IMG/VR virus record: IMGVR_UViG_3300033076_000621
Span: 1-40,146 of that record
DNA: 40,146 nt
Direction: 5' to 3' (one strand)
Origin: a virus
Lineage: Duplodnaviria > Caudoviricetes
The position numbers were made by a program, and so were the translations under genes. Positions 25,376-34,976 of this stretch are shown piece by piece. Within the stretch, counting starts at the first letter, position 1. Every line of letters starts with the position of its first letter. The notes under the pieces were generated by a model, which was given only the letters and a program-made list of their open reading frames with translations, made no database searches and was not told the DNA's origin.

Positions 25376-26844
25376 GCCTAAAAACCATCCCTGTACCCGG
25401 TTTCGGCGGTCCAACGTACCTCGCGGTGTCGCCGGTCATGGACGCCGAACGCGCCATCAACCTGTACCCGGAACCTGGCAGCGCAAATTCCAAGTCGCCG
25501 ATGTCGCTTGTTGGCCGCCCTGGCCTGTCATCCCCGTTCTGCACGCTTGCCAACACCCCCATCCGCCCCGGCGGATTGTGGGCTGGGGATTCCAGGCTGT
25601 TTGCGGTTGGTGGCACTCACTTCTACGAGATTTCGAGCGTTGGCGCGATCATCACCGACTACGGGGCCATGGGCGGGACCAACGTAGGGCCGGTCCAAAT
25701 CAGCGCGAACGGCACGCAACTGCTGGTGATGAACTCGGCCGACAACACCATCTATAACGCCGATCCGGCTGGCCCGGTGATGACTTCGGTGTTTGCTGGG
25801 CGGGCGCTGGAATACCTCGACGGATTCTACATCGCCTTGGACTCGTCCGCGGCAAACAAGCTCAACGTCTCAGCATATCTCGATGGCACCACCTGGAACG
25901 CATTGGACACCGTGGAGCGCACCGGGAGTGCCGATCGCTGCGTGCAACTTGCCGTCCTCAACGGGCAGTTGTGGATCTTCGGCCAGCAAACCACCGAAGT
26001 CTGGTACAACGCAGGCAACCCGCTGTTTCCGTTCGCCCGCGTACCCGGTGCCACCCTGAACTTCGGCTGTGTCGCCCCGTGGTCGGTGGTCAAGTTCTAC
26101 AACACGATCATGTGGCTGGGCTGCGATACGACCGGCTGCGTTCAAGTCTACATGACGCAGGGCATCAACCCGGTTCGAGTCTCCACGTGGGCCATCGAGA
26201 ACATGATTTGCGGGATCACTGCGGCAGCGCCGGAAGGCAACATCTCCGAACTGGAGTTCGCCAGCGCCTACGGGTACCAGGAGAACGGCCACACCTTCTA
26301 CGTCCTCACGATGAAGACGTCCCACGCAGCGCCCACTGCCACCTACGTCTACGACCTCACCACTGGCCTCTGGCACGAGCGCGACTACCTGGGAGTCTAC
26401 CCGATTTGTTTTGCCTCGGTGCCGGGGTTTTCGTTCAACACGGCCGGGGCCTTCTTCGTCGGTGACGCGCTGACGGGCAAGATCTGCCACCAGAGCCAAG
26501 GCTACCCGTCCGACGCCGGGACCGCTATCACCTACACCCGCACCTTCCCCACGGCCAGCGACCGGCAACACCAGATCCGGTATCCACTCCTTCAGCTCGA
26601 CGCCGACATGGGGACCGCGACGGCATCGCTGGAGTGGTCGAACGACGGCGGCAAGACGTTCCCCTTCTCCCGCGCCGCCATTTCTCCATCGGCTGAAACC
26701 TCGCAGGGCAACGCGCCGCGGTATATGTGGCGGCAGTTGGGCATGGGGCGGCAGCGGACGTTTCGCATCAAGACGACGAGCAGCACGGAACTGGTGCGCT
26801 ACGTCAACGCCTACATGGGCGTGTCGGCGGGGACTGAGCAATGA
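25372..26844 (+). CDS. tail hub / packaged-DNA stabilisation protein, P22 gp10-like
   Basis: INLYPE, RPGL, YLDGFYI, FGQQTTEVWYN, YQENGHTFYVL, YDLTTGLWHER, WSNDGG, WRQLG..R.R.F. Confidence 0.92.
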   Translation: MSLKTIPVPGFGGPTYLAVSPVMDAERAINLYPEPGSANSKSPMSLVGRPGLSSPFCTLANTPIRPGGLWAGDSRLFAVGGTHFYEISSVGAIITDYGAMGGTNVGPVQISANGTQLLVMNSADNTIYNADPAGPVMTSVFAGRALEYLDGFYIALDSSAANKLNVSAYLDGTTWNALDTVERTGSADRCVQLAVLNGQLWIFGQQTTEVWYNAGNPLFPFARVPGATLNFGCVAPWSVVKFYNTIMWLGCDTTGCVQVYMTQGINPVRVSTWAIENMICGITAAAPEGNISELEFASAYGYQENGHTFYVLTMKTSHAAPTATYVYDLTTGLWHERDYLGVYPICFASVPGFSFNTAGAFFVGDALTGKICHQSQGYPSDAGTAITYTRTFPTASDRQHQIRYPLLQLDADMGTATASLEWSNDGGKTFPFSRAAISPSAETSQGNAPRYMWRQLGMGRQRTFRIKTTSSTELVRYVNAYMGVSAGTEQ

Positions 26845-27779
26845 TTTCGCCTAACGTCAACTTCGGCTTGGCACCGCTTCAGTCGCCCATAACGGACGGC
26901 AGCGCGGAGCAGACGGGTATTCCGTTTCAATCCCGCGCCACCAACCCGGTTCCGGCTGGCGTGCTGAACCAAGCGTGGCAAGGCTGGTTCAACCAGTTGG
27001 GCAAGCTCGTGAAGCAGTTGCCGACCATCTCCGACGTGGCGGCAAACATGGTGCCAAGCGGCGGCGGTGCGGCGGTGACCGACTGGACGCCTGACGCCTG
27101 GAAACAGTTCGCCTATTACCAGACCGACACGGGCCTCCTCTACATTTCAATGATCGTGGTGGACACGTGGGAATGGGTGTACGCGGCTGGCGCGATGACC
27201 GTGGCCCTGCTGTCCGACCTGCCGTCAACCTTCGGTGTGAACGACGCCGGGGCCATCGTCTACGAGCTTGAGTTTCATCACGCCTACCAGTGGACCGGGA
27301 GCGCGTGGCGGTTCCTGCCGGGCGACCCCGGCGCCGGCTACATCATCGCCACCGTCAGCGGAGCGCCCATCGGTGGGGCGTGGGCGCTGTGCGATGGCAC
27401 GGCGGCGGACATCTCCCAAGGTGACGGGACGAAGGTATCGACCACCACGCCAAACCTGATGACGCGGGGGCTTGGGGGAGGCCCGGTGCTCATCGGCGGC
27501 GGTGGAACCGGGTTCCAAGCGGCCACCACGCCTCAATGGCAGACCGGGGCGAAGACGGACGACGAGTCCACCCACACCCACCCGCTGACCAATGCGACGG
27601 TTCAGAGCGGGGCCGGGGCCACTGTGGCGGCGGCGGGAAGCACGGGGGCAGGCACGGCGCACAATCACGGGCTATCGGACGCCAACGCCAAGCTGAAGGC
27701 CCCCAGCGATGGTTCAAATGCGACACACGGAGGCGGTATGCCGGACAGATTCTTCCTTGAATGGTACGTGAGGCAATAA
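26841..27779 (+). CDS. tail needle/short fibre with collar-like motif
   Basis: After hub; AWQGWF N-terminal motif; WALCDG...TPNL, HTH, HNH. Confidence 0.7.
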   Translation: MISPNVNFGLAPLQSPITDGSAEQTGIPFQSRATNPVPAGVLNQAWQGWFNQLGKLVKQLPTISDVAANMVPSGGGAAVTDWTPDAWKQFAYYQTDTGLLYISMIVVDTWEWVYAAGAMTVALLSDLPSTFGVNDAGAIVYELEFHHAYQWTGSAWRFLPGDPGAGYIIATVSGAPIGGAWALCDGTAADISQGDGTKVSTTTPNLMTRGLGGGPVLIGGGGTGFQAATTPQWQTGAKTDDESTHTHPLTNATVQSGAGATVAAAGSTGAGTAHNHGLSDANAKLKAPSDGSNATHGGGMPDRFFLEWYVRQ

Positions 27780-28840
27780 TGGCATCAGCAATACTTCCCT
27801 TTATCGGACCAACGACCAGCCTCCTGAGTTCCATTCTCGGGTTTGGCTCGGCGGGCAGCGCGGCGAACCAGATCAGCGCGGCGAACCAAGCGGCCATGAG
27901 TGGCGTCTTGGGCGCTTCGGCCAACGGGCAGGCTGGCGTCAGCAACGCGGCCAACCTCGGCATTCAAGGCGTCGAGAACGCCAGCCAAACCGGGCAAGCG
28001 GGCGTCAATGATGCCTTTGCCACCGGCTCCAACAACCTCAACGCGGCGGGCGGGACGGCCATCAACGCCGTCAACAACGCTACCGGGCAGGCCAACACCA
28101 CGCTGGCCGACATGCTCGGCACGCAGACGGCCGCCATCAACCCGTATTTGACGGCGGGGCAGACCGGGCTGACGAACCTGCAAAACATCGCCAACGGCCC
28201 TGGCTTTTCGTTCAACTACGACGACTACAAGAACGATCCGGCGTTCCAGTTCCAGATGGAGCAGGGGCAGCGGGCCATCCAGAACAGCGGTTCCGCCCGC
28301 GGCCTCGGTTCATCCGGCGCAATTCTGAAGGAGTTGCAGAACTTCGGCACCGGGCTTGCTGCCACGCACTACGGCGAAGCATTCAACCGGGCGCGTGACA
28401 CCTTCGGCCTCAACCAGAACGCCAACCTCGCCAACAACACGGCGCTCATCAACGCCGGGACCACTGGGCTGGGGCAGTTCAACGCGGCACAGGCCAATGC
28501 CGGCAACCAGATCGCCGCGAACACTATCGGCGCGGGCAAGTACGAAGGCGACACGACCACCAACATCGCCTCTTTGCTGGCTTCGCTCGGCCTCGACGCC
28601 TCCAAGTTCAACAGCCAGACCGGATTGACCGGGGCGCTGGCGAACAGCACCACCGGGCTACAGTCGGCACTCGCAAACAGCGCCACGGGGCTCAACGCGG
28701 CCAACAGCGCGGGCAACTTTGCCGTCGGCGGTGCCAATGCGCGGGCATCCGGCACGCTGGGCCAAAGTTCGGCACTTGGCGAGGGTATCGCTAGCCTTGG
28801 CGATATTCTTTCCGCGTACCTCGGGAAAGGGAAACCGTAA
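27779..28840 (+). CDS. DNA ejection protein (gp7-like)
   Basis: Gly/Ala/Asn/Gln-rich; NPYLTAG, DPAFQFQMEQG, SARGL..SGA.LKEL. Confidence 0.85.
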   Translation: MASAILPFIGPTTSLLSSILGFGSAGSAANQISAANQAAMSGVLGASANGQAGVSNAANLGIQGVENASQTGQAGVNDAFATGSNNLNAAGGTAINAVNNATGQANTTLADMLGTQTAAINPYLTAGQTGLTNLQNIANGPGFSFNYDDYKNDPAFQFQMEQGQRAIQNSGSARGLGSSGAILKELQNFGTGLAATHYGEAFNRARDTFGLNQNANLANNTALINAGTTGLGQFNAAQANAGNQIAANTIGAGKYEGDTTTNIASLLASLGLDASKFNSQTGLTGALANSTTGLQSALANSATGLNAANSAGNFAVGGANARASGTLGQSSALGEGIASLGDILSAYLGKGKP

Positions 28841-30324
28841 TGGGAACCCCTGCCTCTCTCCTCGACCTCATCGCCCGTGGCGGCTCGATGCAAGCAAACA
28901 TCGACCAGCGCAAAGAAAAGGCCATGACGCTGGCCGCCATCGCCAACGCCAAGCAGTCGGAAGCGGCCGCACGACACGCTGAAGCCGAAACGGAAAAGTC
29001 CACCCTTGAGGCCGATGCCATGCGGCAAGCGCAGGCCGATCAACAGGTCTTTTCCGACGCATTCAAGCACTCGGCCAATCCAAAGCACATCGACGCCTAC
29101 ATCCGCGCCAACGCATCCGGCAGCGGTATCAACGCGTGGCAGAAAGCCTCCGACGAACACCAGAAAAGCCTTCTGGAGATGGATGAAAAACGCCGTAAGG
29201 GTGAGGCTGACAAGGCGGAGAGAATCGGCTCAATCGTGGCTTCAGTGCTGACGCTTCCACCGGAACAACGACCGGGAGCTTGGGCGCAACAGGTCATTCC
29301 CGGCGTTCGTGAAGTGGACCCATCAATCCAGCTATCTCCCGACTATGACGAAGGGTCTATCCCCGTCATGCTCGGAAAGCTGAGGTACACCAAAGCAGCG
29401 GCGGAACAGGCTGACGCTATTGCAAAAGCGGAAAAGCAAAAGGTTGACACCGCCAACGCACGGCAGGAAGGCGCACGTAAAAGCGCCGATGCGTTCATGC
29501 AGATGGTAAGTGCTGACCCGACACAAGAAGGGCTGAACCAAGCGCTTGAGCTGTACCCTGAGATGAAAGGGAAGGTGCCATCGTATCCGGGGGCGTGGAT
29601 GACGAGGGGCGGGCGCGGTACGGTGCCAATGAAGGATCGTCCCAAGATGGATCAGGACGCCTTAACGCTGGCCGGGACAGATGAGTTCGGCGTGCCGAAA
29701 TTGGAACGCGACAAGCTGGCAATCGAAGCCGCTGCGAAACAGGAACAGGTACGCCACAACCGCCAAATGGAAGGTCTACAGGCCAGCTCCCAGCGCATCG
29801 CTCAGGCCAATTCCAACGTTCAGCGTGAGGGGATGCTCCGCGACGACTTCGCCAAAGAATCCAAAAAATTCGTGCAGGTCCGCGATGCCTACGGAAAGAT
29901 TCAGCAGGCAGTTCAGGAACCATCGGCGGCCTCTGATATTTCCGTCATCTTCGGATACATGCGAATGCAGGACCCTGAATCCACGGTACGAGAGGGAGAA
30001 CAGGCCACTGCTTCCAATGCTGGCGGCATTCCTGACCGCGTTCGAGCCCTTTACAATCGAGCGTTGAACGGCGAGAGGCTTTCGCCTGCGATGCGTGCCG
30101 ACTTTGCGCATCAAGCCACACGGCTTTATTCCCAAGCCGAAAAGGATCACGCCAAAATTGAGGGCTTTTACAGCGACACCGCCAAGCGCTACGGCATGGA
30201 CCCCAAGCAGGTTCTACCCGACTACCGCAGCACATTTGGCGAAAACAAAGGCGGCGGTGCTGACCCGAACATCGAAACCCTTCAGAAGCAGTTCCCCGGC
30301 GCGAAGATCACGAGGGTACCGTAA
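28840..30324 (+). CDS. DNA ejection protein (gp20-like by position)
   Basis: TAATG coupling; helical; DP.STVREGE motif. Confidence 0.7.
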   Translation: MGTPASLLDLIARGGSMQANIDQRKEKAMTLAAIANAKQSEAAARHAEAETEKSTLEADAMRQAQADQQVFSDAFKHSANPKHIDAYIRANASGSGINAWQKASDEHQKSLLEMDEKRRKGEADKAERIGSIVASVLTLPPEQRPGAWAQQVIPGVREVDPSIQLSPDYDEGSIPVMLGKLRYTKAAAEQADAIAKAEKQKVDTANARQEGARKSADAFMQMVSADPTQEGLNQALELYPEMKGKVPSYPGAWMTRGGRGTVPMKDRPKMDQDALTLAGTDEFGVPKLERDKLAIEAAAKQEQVRHNRQMEGLQASSQRIAQANSNVQREGMLRDDFAKESKKFVQVRDAYGKIQQAVQEPSAASDISVIFGYMRMQDPESTVREGEQATASNAGGIPDRVRALYNRALNGERLSPAMRADFAHQATRLYSQAEKDHAKIEGFYSDTAKRYGMDPKQVLPDYRSTFGENKGGGADPNIETLQKQFPGAKITRVP

Positions 30325-32264
30325 TGGCTGACTACGAGATCACTACCCCGGACGGGAAGAAATACCGCATCTCGATGAACGCTCCGATGGACGCCCGCAC
30401 GCCGCCATTCGTCGCGCCCGGTGTCGGCGCCGGCGGCCACGTTCCCGGCACGCCTTGGACGAAGGAACAGGAACGCGCCGTCTCTGGTGATCCTGAGGAG
30501 CGCTCTTGGTGGGACACCGCCGCGTCTGTCGGCACCGGGGTGTTGAACGCCGCTAAGGGCGTGGTGGACATGGGAAAGCGCGTTGTAGCCGGGCCGCAGG
30601 GCGTTGACGAGGAGATTCTGACCGCCCTCGCTGGTCCCCTTGGCCCACTCATCAAGGATACGGTGCTGGGCCATATTCAAGTGGCGAAGAAAGCCAAAGA
30701 GGAAATCGGCAAGGGCGACTATGCCGCGGGGGTTCCGCGGGCGGTTTTGGCCGCGGCCCCCGTTGTTGGCCCCATCGCTTCCGGCATCGCCGACAAGATG
30801 AGCGAGACGGACGCCGAAGGCCGTCCCCGCCCCGGCGCATTCGCCGAAGGTGTCGGCGAACTGGTGGCGAACGTCGCCGCCCCGGAAGCCATGCGGAAAG
30901 CCGCAACCGTGGTACCCGGTGGTCTGCGCCCGTCCAACCCGGTGACGCGGGCGGCCATGGAGTTCAAGGACGCCAACGGCATCCCCTCCTCGATGCGCAC
31001 GGCTACTGGCTCCCCGTTCATCGGCTACGCTCAGGCGGCGGCCGATCTCACGCCCATCGGTGCCATGGTGTCAGAAGGTGCGCGGCGGGCAGAAGTCGAA
31101 GGCTTTAAGCGAGTCGGCGGCGAGTTGGCCGAGAAAATCGACCCCGGCGCACCAGCCACGCCGGAATCGGCTGGACTCGCCATCCAGAAGGAACTGGCAT
31201 CCCGCGAGAACATGCTCGGCCAGTCGGCGGGCGGCGAGTACGGACGCTGGCGGCAGACGATGGAATCCCCGGCGGCAGAGCGCATGGTGCCGGTCAACGG
31301 GCAAATGACCATCATGAACGCACCGGTTGACATCTCCGCCATGAAACCGCGCATCGCGCCCATTGTGGAAGAGTTGCAGCTCATGCCCGCTGCCGAACGC
31401 TCGGCCATGCGCGGATACTCGGCGATGCGGCAGATCCTCGACGGCCCCGACCACGTTCCGGCCACTACGGCAGAGATTGCCCTCGGCGAGTTCAAGCGGA
31501 TGGCGCGGGAGGAAACCGGCCGCAATCAGGGTTTGGCCAAGCAACTGGTAAAGGAGTTCCAGCCGATTGTTGACGCCGCGGTGAAGGACGTGGACCCGGC
31601 AGCGCTGACGGCTTTGGAACAGGCCCGCGCACTGACCGCCAGGCAGATGGAAGTGAAAGGCGTGTCGCGGGGCGTGCGGGAGGAACCCGTACAAGCCTAC
31701 GGCCAGATGATCTACGCCAAGGACGCCGGAATTGAAAACCTGAAGCGCGTCATCAATGAGGCTCCAGCCGCCGCGCCAAAGATCGCCCGCGCTTGGCTGG
31801 AAGACGCGCTGTCGAAGGCCGAGTATGAGGGCGGCTTTGACAAGCTCGACGGGCTTCACGCCAAATGGCGAGACATGGGACCGGAGACGAAGCGCATCCT
31901 GTTTAAGAATCCGGCGCTCATCAAGGATATCGGCGACTTTTTCCAAGCCGCGAAGGACAGCGCCAAAGACATGAATCCAAGCGGTTCCGGCAAGCTCATC
32001 TCCGTTGGCGGACAACTCACCTACATCTTCACCGAACCCACCACGGGAATCCCGCTGGCTATCGGCGCGGGGGCATTATCAAAACTGATGCACTCGCCGT
32101 CCGTCGTGCGGGCGCTGACGCAGGGGATGAAGGTAAATCCGGCGGACGTAGGGGCGGCGACATCGGCGGCAATGAAGATTCGGGTGCTGACGAAGGACGT
32201 GGCGGTGCCGCTCGATAAAGTCGCCGGTAAAGACCAAGACCGAGAGCGGGAGGCAAAGCGATGA
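30324..32264 (+). CDS. DNA ejection protein (gp16-like by position)
   Basis: MADYEITTPDGKKY start; Ala/Gly-rich helical; NPSGSG motif. Confidence 0.7.
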   Translation: MADYEITTPDGKKYRISMNAPMDARTPPFVAPGVGAGGHVPGTPWTKEQERAVSGDPEERSWWDTAASVGTGVLNAAKGVVDMGKRVVAGPQGVDEEILTALAGPLGPLIKDTVLGHIQVAKKAKEEIGKGDYAAGVPRAVLAAAPVVGPIASGIADKMSETDAEGRPRPGAFAEGVGELVANVAAPEAMRKAATVVPGGLRPSNPVTRAAMEFKDANGIPSSMRTATGSPFIGYAQAAADLTPIGAMVSEGARRAEVEGFKRVGGELAEKIDPGAPATPESAGLAIQKELASRENMLGQSAGGEYGRWRQTMESPAAERMVPVNGQMTIMNAPVDISAMKPRIAPIVEELQLMPAAERSAMRGYSAMRQILDGPDHVPATTAEIALGEFKRMAREETGRNQGLAKQLVKEFQPIVDAAVKDVDPAALTALEQARALTARQMEVKGVSRGVREEPVQAYGQMIYAKDAGIENLKRVINEAPAAAPKIARAWLEDALSKAEYEGGFDKLDGLHAKWRDMGPETKRILFKNPALIKDIGDFFQAAKDSAKDMNPSGSGKLISVGGQLTYIFTEPTTGIPLAIGAGALSKLMHSPSVVRALTQGMKVNPADVGAATSAAMKIRVLTKDVAVPLDKVAGKDQDREREAKR

Positions 32265-32388
32265 GCCACGGCACCGCCAGCAACCACGCACCTTTGGCCG
32301 CAAGCGGCATTCCTGAGGTGGCAATGGCATACGAAGCGAGACACGCAAACCATGCCGACGACACCGCAAGCCAGAAACCAACCAGCAC
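32059..32388 (-). CDS. antisense two-TM membrane protein, probably leaderless
   Basis: GTG 6 nt after TATCCT; VLVGFWLAVSSAWFACLASYAIA...AWLLAVPWLIALPPALGLGLYRR. Confidence 0.6.
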   Translation of the reverse strand: MLVGFWLAVSSAWFACLASYAIATSGMPLAAKGAWLLAVPWLIALPPALGLGLYRRLYRAAPPRPSSAPESSLPPMSPPLRPPDLPSSPASAPARRTASASVLIMPPRR

Positions 32389-32404
32389 ATTAGAAGGATA
32401 CCTT

Positions 32405-32788
32405 ATGTCACAACTCCAAGCGCCCAACAAGGCCGACAACATCATCATCGCCGACGCCGCCAAGTTCTGCGCCAAGCTGAACGCGCTCGGCTTCCGCCTT
32501 GGCCCGCTGCACATCAACGAGACGGTGAGCGGAGAAACCCTGGCCAACATCGCCCCCATCGAGGCTTTCGAGGGGCTGGAAGCCGACAAACCGTACAACG
32601 TGGTGGTTTGGGCCGGCGGCGACTGGCACAACGTGGCGCAACTCGTCCGTATGTGGGGCGAAGGCACGGCGCAGGACTTCCGCGAGGTCTACACCGACAT
32701 CTACCCCGGCAAGGACGCCAACGCGGGCCTTCTGAACATTGCCGGCGCCACCAAGGCCATTGAAAAGCTGATTGAGAAGGCGGCCTGA
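32405..32788 (+). CDS. hypothetical protein heading the lysis-like cluster
   Basis: GAAGGA RBS before ATG 32405; GC3-rich codons. Confidence 0.75.
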   Translation: MSQLQAPNKADNIIIADAAKFCAKLNALGFRLGPLHINETVSGETLANIAPIEAFEGLEADKPYNVVVWAGGDWHNVAQLVRMWGEGTAQDFREVYTDIYPGKDANAGLLNIAGATKAIEKLIEKAA

Positions 32789-32789
32789 T

Positions 32790-33020
32790 ATGAACTGGAA
32801 AGCACTCTTTGAAGGACTCGCGGCGGCTGCGATCGGCGGCGCCGCGACCGGTGGCGCAACAGCCTTGGGCGATGGGCCGGTGAGCATCAAGCACATCGGC
32901 GCGGCTGCGGCGGCTGGCGCTCTCGTCGGCATCTCGGCGTATTTCAAGCAGAATGCGCTGAAGCCCAAGCCGCAGCCGCAGCAAGCCGACCCGCCGCCCG
33001 ATCCCGGCCCGCAGGGATAG
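32790..33020 (+). CDS. holin-like small membrane protein
   Basis: Two Ala/Gly-rich hydrophobic segments, AYFKQ, charged Pro-rich tail. Confidence 0.65.
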   Translation: MNWKALFEGLAAAAIGGAATGGATALGDGPVSIKHIGAAAAAGALVGISAYFKQNALKPKPQPQQADPPPDPGPQG

Positions 33021-33048
33021 CAGTTCATTTCAACCCATGGGAGGGTCA

Positions 33049-33378
33049 ATGACCCCTGACGATTGGAAAGCACTTGGAGAGGCCCTGACGTACCTGCTGG
33101 TTGGCGCCGGGAGCCTCTTCACGGTCCAGAAAGTTCAATCCAAACGCTCGGGCTCGTCGAAGCCGGATGACACCCACGAGCTCGTCGTAGCGGTGGGCAG
33201 GATTGAGGAGAAGTTAGACCGCAAGTTGGGAGAAGTGCGAGAGATTCGCGTGCAAGTCGAGGGGCTGGCAGAGGATCTTCAGCGACAAGGCCAGAGCATC
33301 AACCGGCTGTCGTCGGGCTTCCGTGAAGTAGTTGGCCGAGTGGATGCCCTGGAATCTCGAATGCAGCGGCCCATATGA
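33049..33378 (+). CDS. membrane-anchored coiled-coil protein (holin/antiholin-like)
   Basis: GGAGG RBS; one N-terminal TM followed by heptads. Confidence 0.6.
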   Translation: MTPDDWKALGEALTYLLVGAGSLFTVQKVQSKRSGSSKPDDTHELVVAVGRIEEKLDRKLGEVREIRVQVEGLAEDLQRQGQSINRLSSGFREVVGRVDALESRMQRPI

Positions 33379-33952
33379 GGTAGAGCAGTGAGCAGGCGGC
33401 GTAACTGGCATCATTCGCCGCCTGCCAGATCCCGACAGGGGAAGCCATGCGAAGGATTGCAGAAGCGCCCATGACAGAACAAAGCAGAAACAGCAGAACA
33501 ACGTGAAAGTCGATCAAACCTGACCGCCGATAGCCAACAGACCACATCAGCATCATGTACACGCCGAGAAAAGCCGCCAATCCGACAATCACCACCCGCC
33601 GCGCCTGTATGGCGCTGTGCAGCACATCGGCCGCGGCGAACCGCCAGGCGATCACCGCGGCGAACAGCAGCGCCAAGAACAGCGCCGAAGCCGCGATCAT
33701 CCGGCGTTGCCGGAACCCGCGAGAGGACACCACAAAGCTCTCAGCGACGGCCAGCGCACGGCAGGCCAGCAACGGCGTGATGAGCCATGGGTACCAAGAT
33801 TTCAACCACGCCAGAGAGTACGGCTGGTACGCAACCTCAAAGGATATCGCGGCTCCCGTCGCCAGCGTGAACAGCGGAAGCCGGCGAACGAATCCCGACC
33901 GTATCAACTGCACCAAGCAAACTACCATCGAAACCAAGTACACGAGGTCCAC
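33299..33952 (-). CDS. polytopic (~6-7 TM) membrane protein, antisense, probably leaderless
   Basis: Perfect TATAAT 6 nt before GTG 33952; successive hydrophobic segments. Confidence 0.8.
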   Translation of the reverse strand: MDLVYLVSMVVCLVQLIRSGFVRRLPLFTLATGAAISFEVAYQPYSLAWLKSWYPWLITPLLACRALAVAESFVVSSRGFRQRRMIAASALFLALLFAAVIAWRFAAADVLHSAIQARRVVIVGLAAFLGVYMMLMWSVGYRRSGLIDFHVVLLFLLCSVMGASAILRMASPVGIWQAANDASYAACSLLYLIWAAAFEIPGHPLGQLLHGSPTTAG

Positions 33953-34975
33953 ATGTTCATTATAAAGCGTTTTCTGCCCATCATCCTTGCCGTGTCGGCA
34001 TGGGCGCAATACCCGGTACCAGGAACCACAGGGGGCGGCGGGGGCGGTAGTGGCTGCACGGCAGGCACGGGCATCACTTGCTCTGGCTCGACCATCAACG
34101 TCGATACCGCCGTGATCCAGTCTCGCGCTACGGCGCAGGCTGGAACTTCAACATATTGCCGGTCGGCCACCGGAAACGACACCTACACCTGCGCCCTTAC
34201 GCCGACGCTTACCGCCTATACGACTGGCATGTGCTTGGCCGTAAACCCAGATACCGCAAACACTGGAGCGGCGACAATTAACGTGGATGCACTCGGCGCA
34301 AAAAACATCCTCACGCGGTCGCTCGCCACGCTCAGCGACGGCGACCTCCCAGCCAACATCAACACCACACTCTGCTACGACGGGACGCAGTTTGTGCCAC
34401 CCTCTAGCGGCGGATCGCTGGCTACACTGACACAGATATGGTGTCCGTTCGGCAACTGCTACAACAACGCCACGGATCGAATCTTCTATTCAACTGCCGA
34501 CCGAGTGTACATGTTTCGATTCACCATGGACCGAACTCGCAACGTGCGCGTTATGGGCGCTCCAGTCTTTCCTTGGAGTGGTGGCGTGGACAACCTGGTG
34601 ATGGGTATTTATAGCGGCGACGGTAGCACCCTGGTGGCGTCCTGTAACACCACCGCCACGGCGGTCAACCCGTCCGGCGCGGCCCCGCTTTGCCGGTTTT
34701 CCTCCACGGTCGCGCTGGCGATGGATACCGAGTACGTGTTGGCCGTCGCCAGCGATACGACCACGGTTGGCATGTATTGTTCCGCGAACACCTACGAGTG
34801 GAATCAATGGTTCGGCGCACAGCCGACCTGGTTTCCTAACTCGCGCGCGATTGCCGGATACGGCGCAAACACGGCGACGAGTTCCGGTGCTACTTATGCG
34901 TTGCCGTCTACTACTGGGGCAATGACCGCATCCAGCATTGGCTGCTTTCCGCAGATGATTTTTCTTCCTCAGTAA
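33953..34975 (+). CDS. signal-peptide-bearing tail-fibre-like protein
   Basis: MFIIKRFLPIILAVSAWA|Q; fibre motif NTGAATINVDALGAKNI..L.DGDL..YDGTQF; 12 mature Cys. Confidence 0.85.
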   Translation: MFIIKRFLPIILAVSAWAQYPVPGTTGGGGGGSGCTAGTGITCSGSTINVDTAVIQSRATAQAGTSTYCRSATGNDTYTCALTPTLTAYTTGMCLAVNPDTANTGAATINVDALGAKNILTRSLATLSDGDLPANINTTLCYDGTQFVPPSSGGSLATLTQIWCPFGNCYNNATDRIFYSTADRVYMFRFTMDRTRNVRVMGAPVFPWSGGVDNLVMGIYSGDGSTLVASCNTTATAVNPSGAAPLCRFSSTVALAMDTEYVLAVASDTTTVGMYCSANTYEWNQWFGAQPTWFPNSRAIAGYGANTATSSGATYALPSTTGAMTASSIGCFPQMIFLPQ

Positions 34976-34976
34976 C

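Noticed and set aside
32261-32404. N-terminal extension of ORF 32261..32788
   Set aside because: Better RBS at 32393-32398 and a convincing TM-coding frame on the opposite strand; not fully excluded given the ATGA overlap
33617-33952. N-terminal extension of the fibre-like gene
   Set aside because: Antisense shadow of the membrane gene; signal peptide and RBS point to ATG 33953
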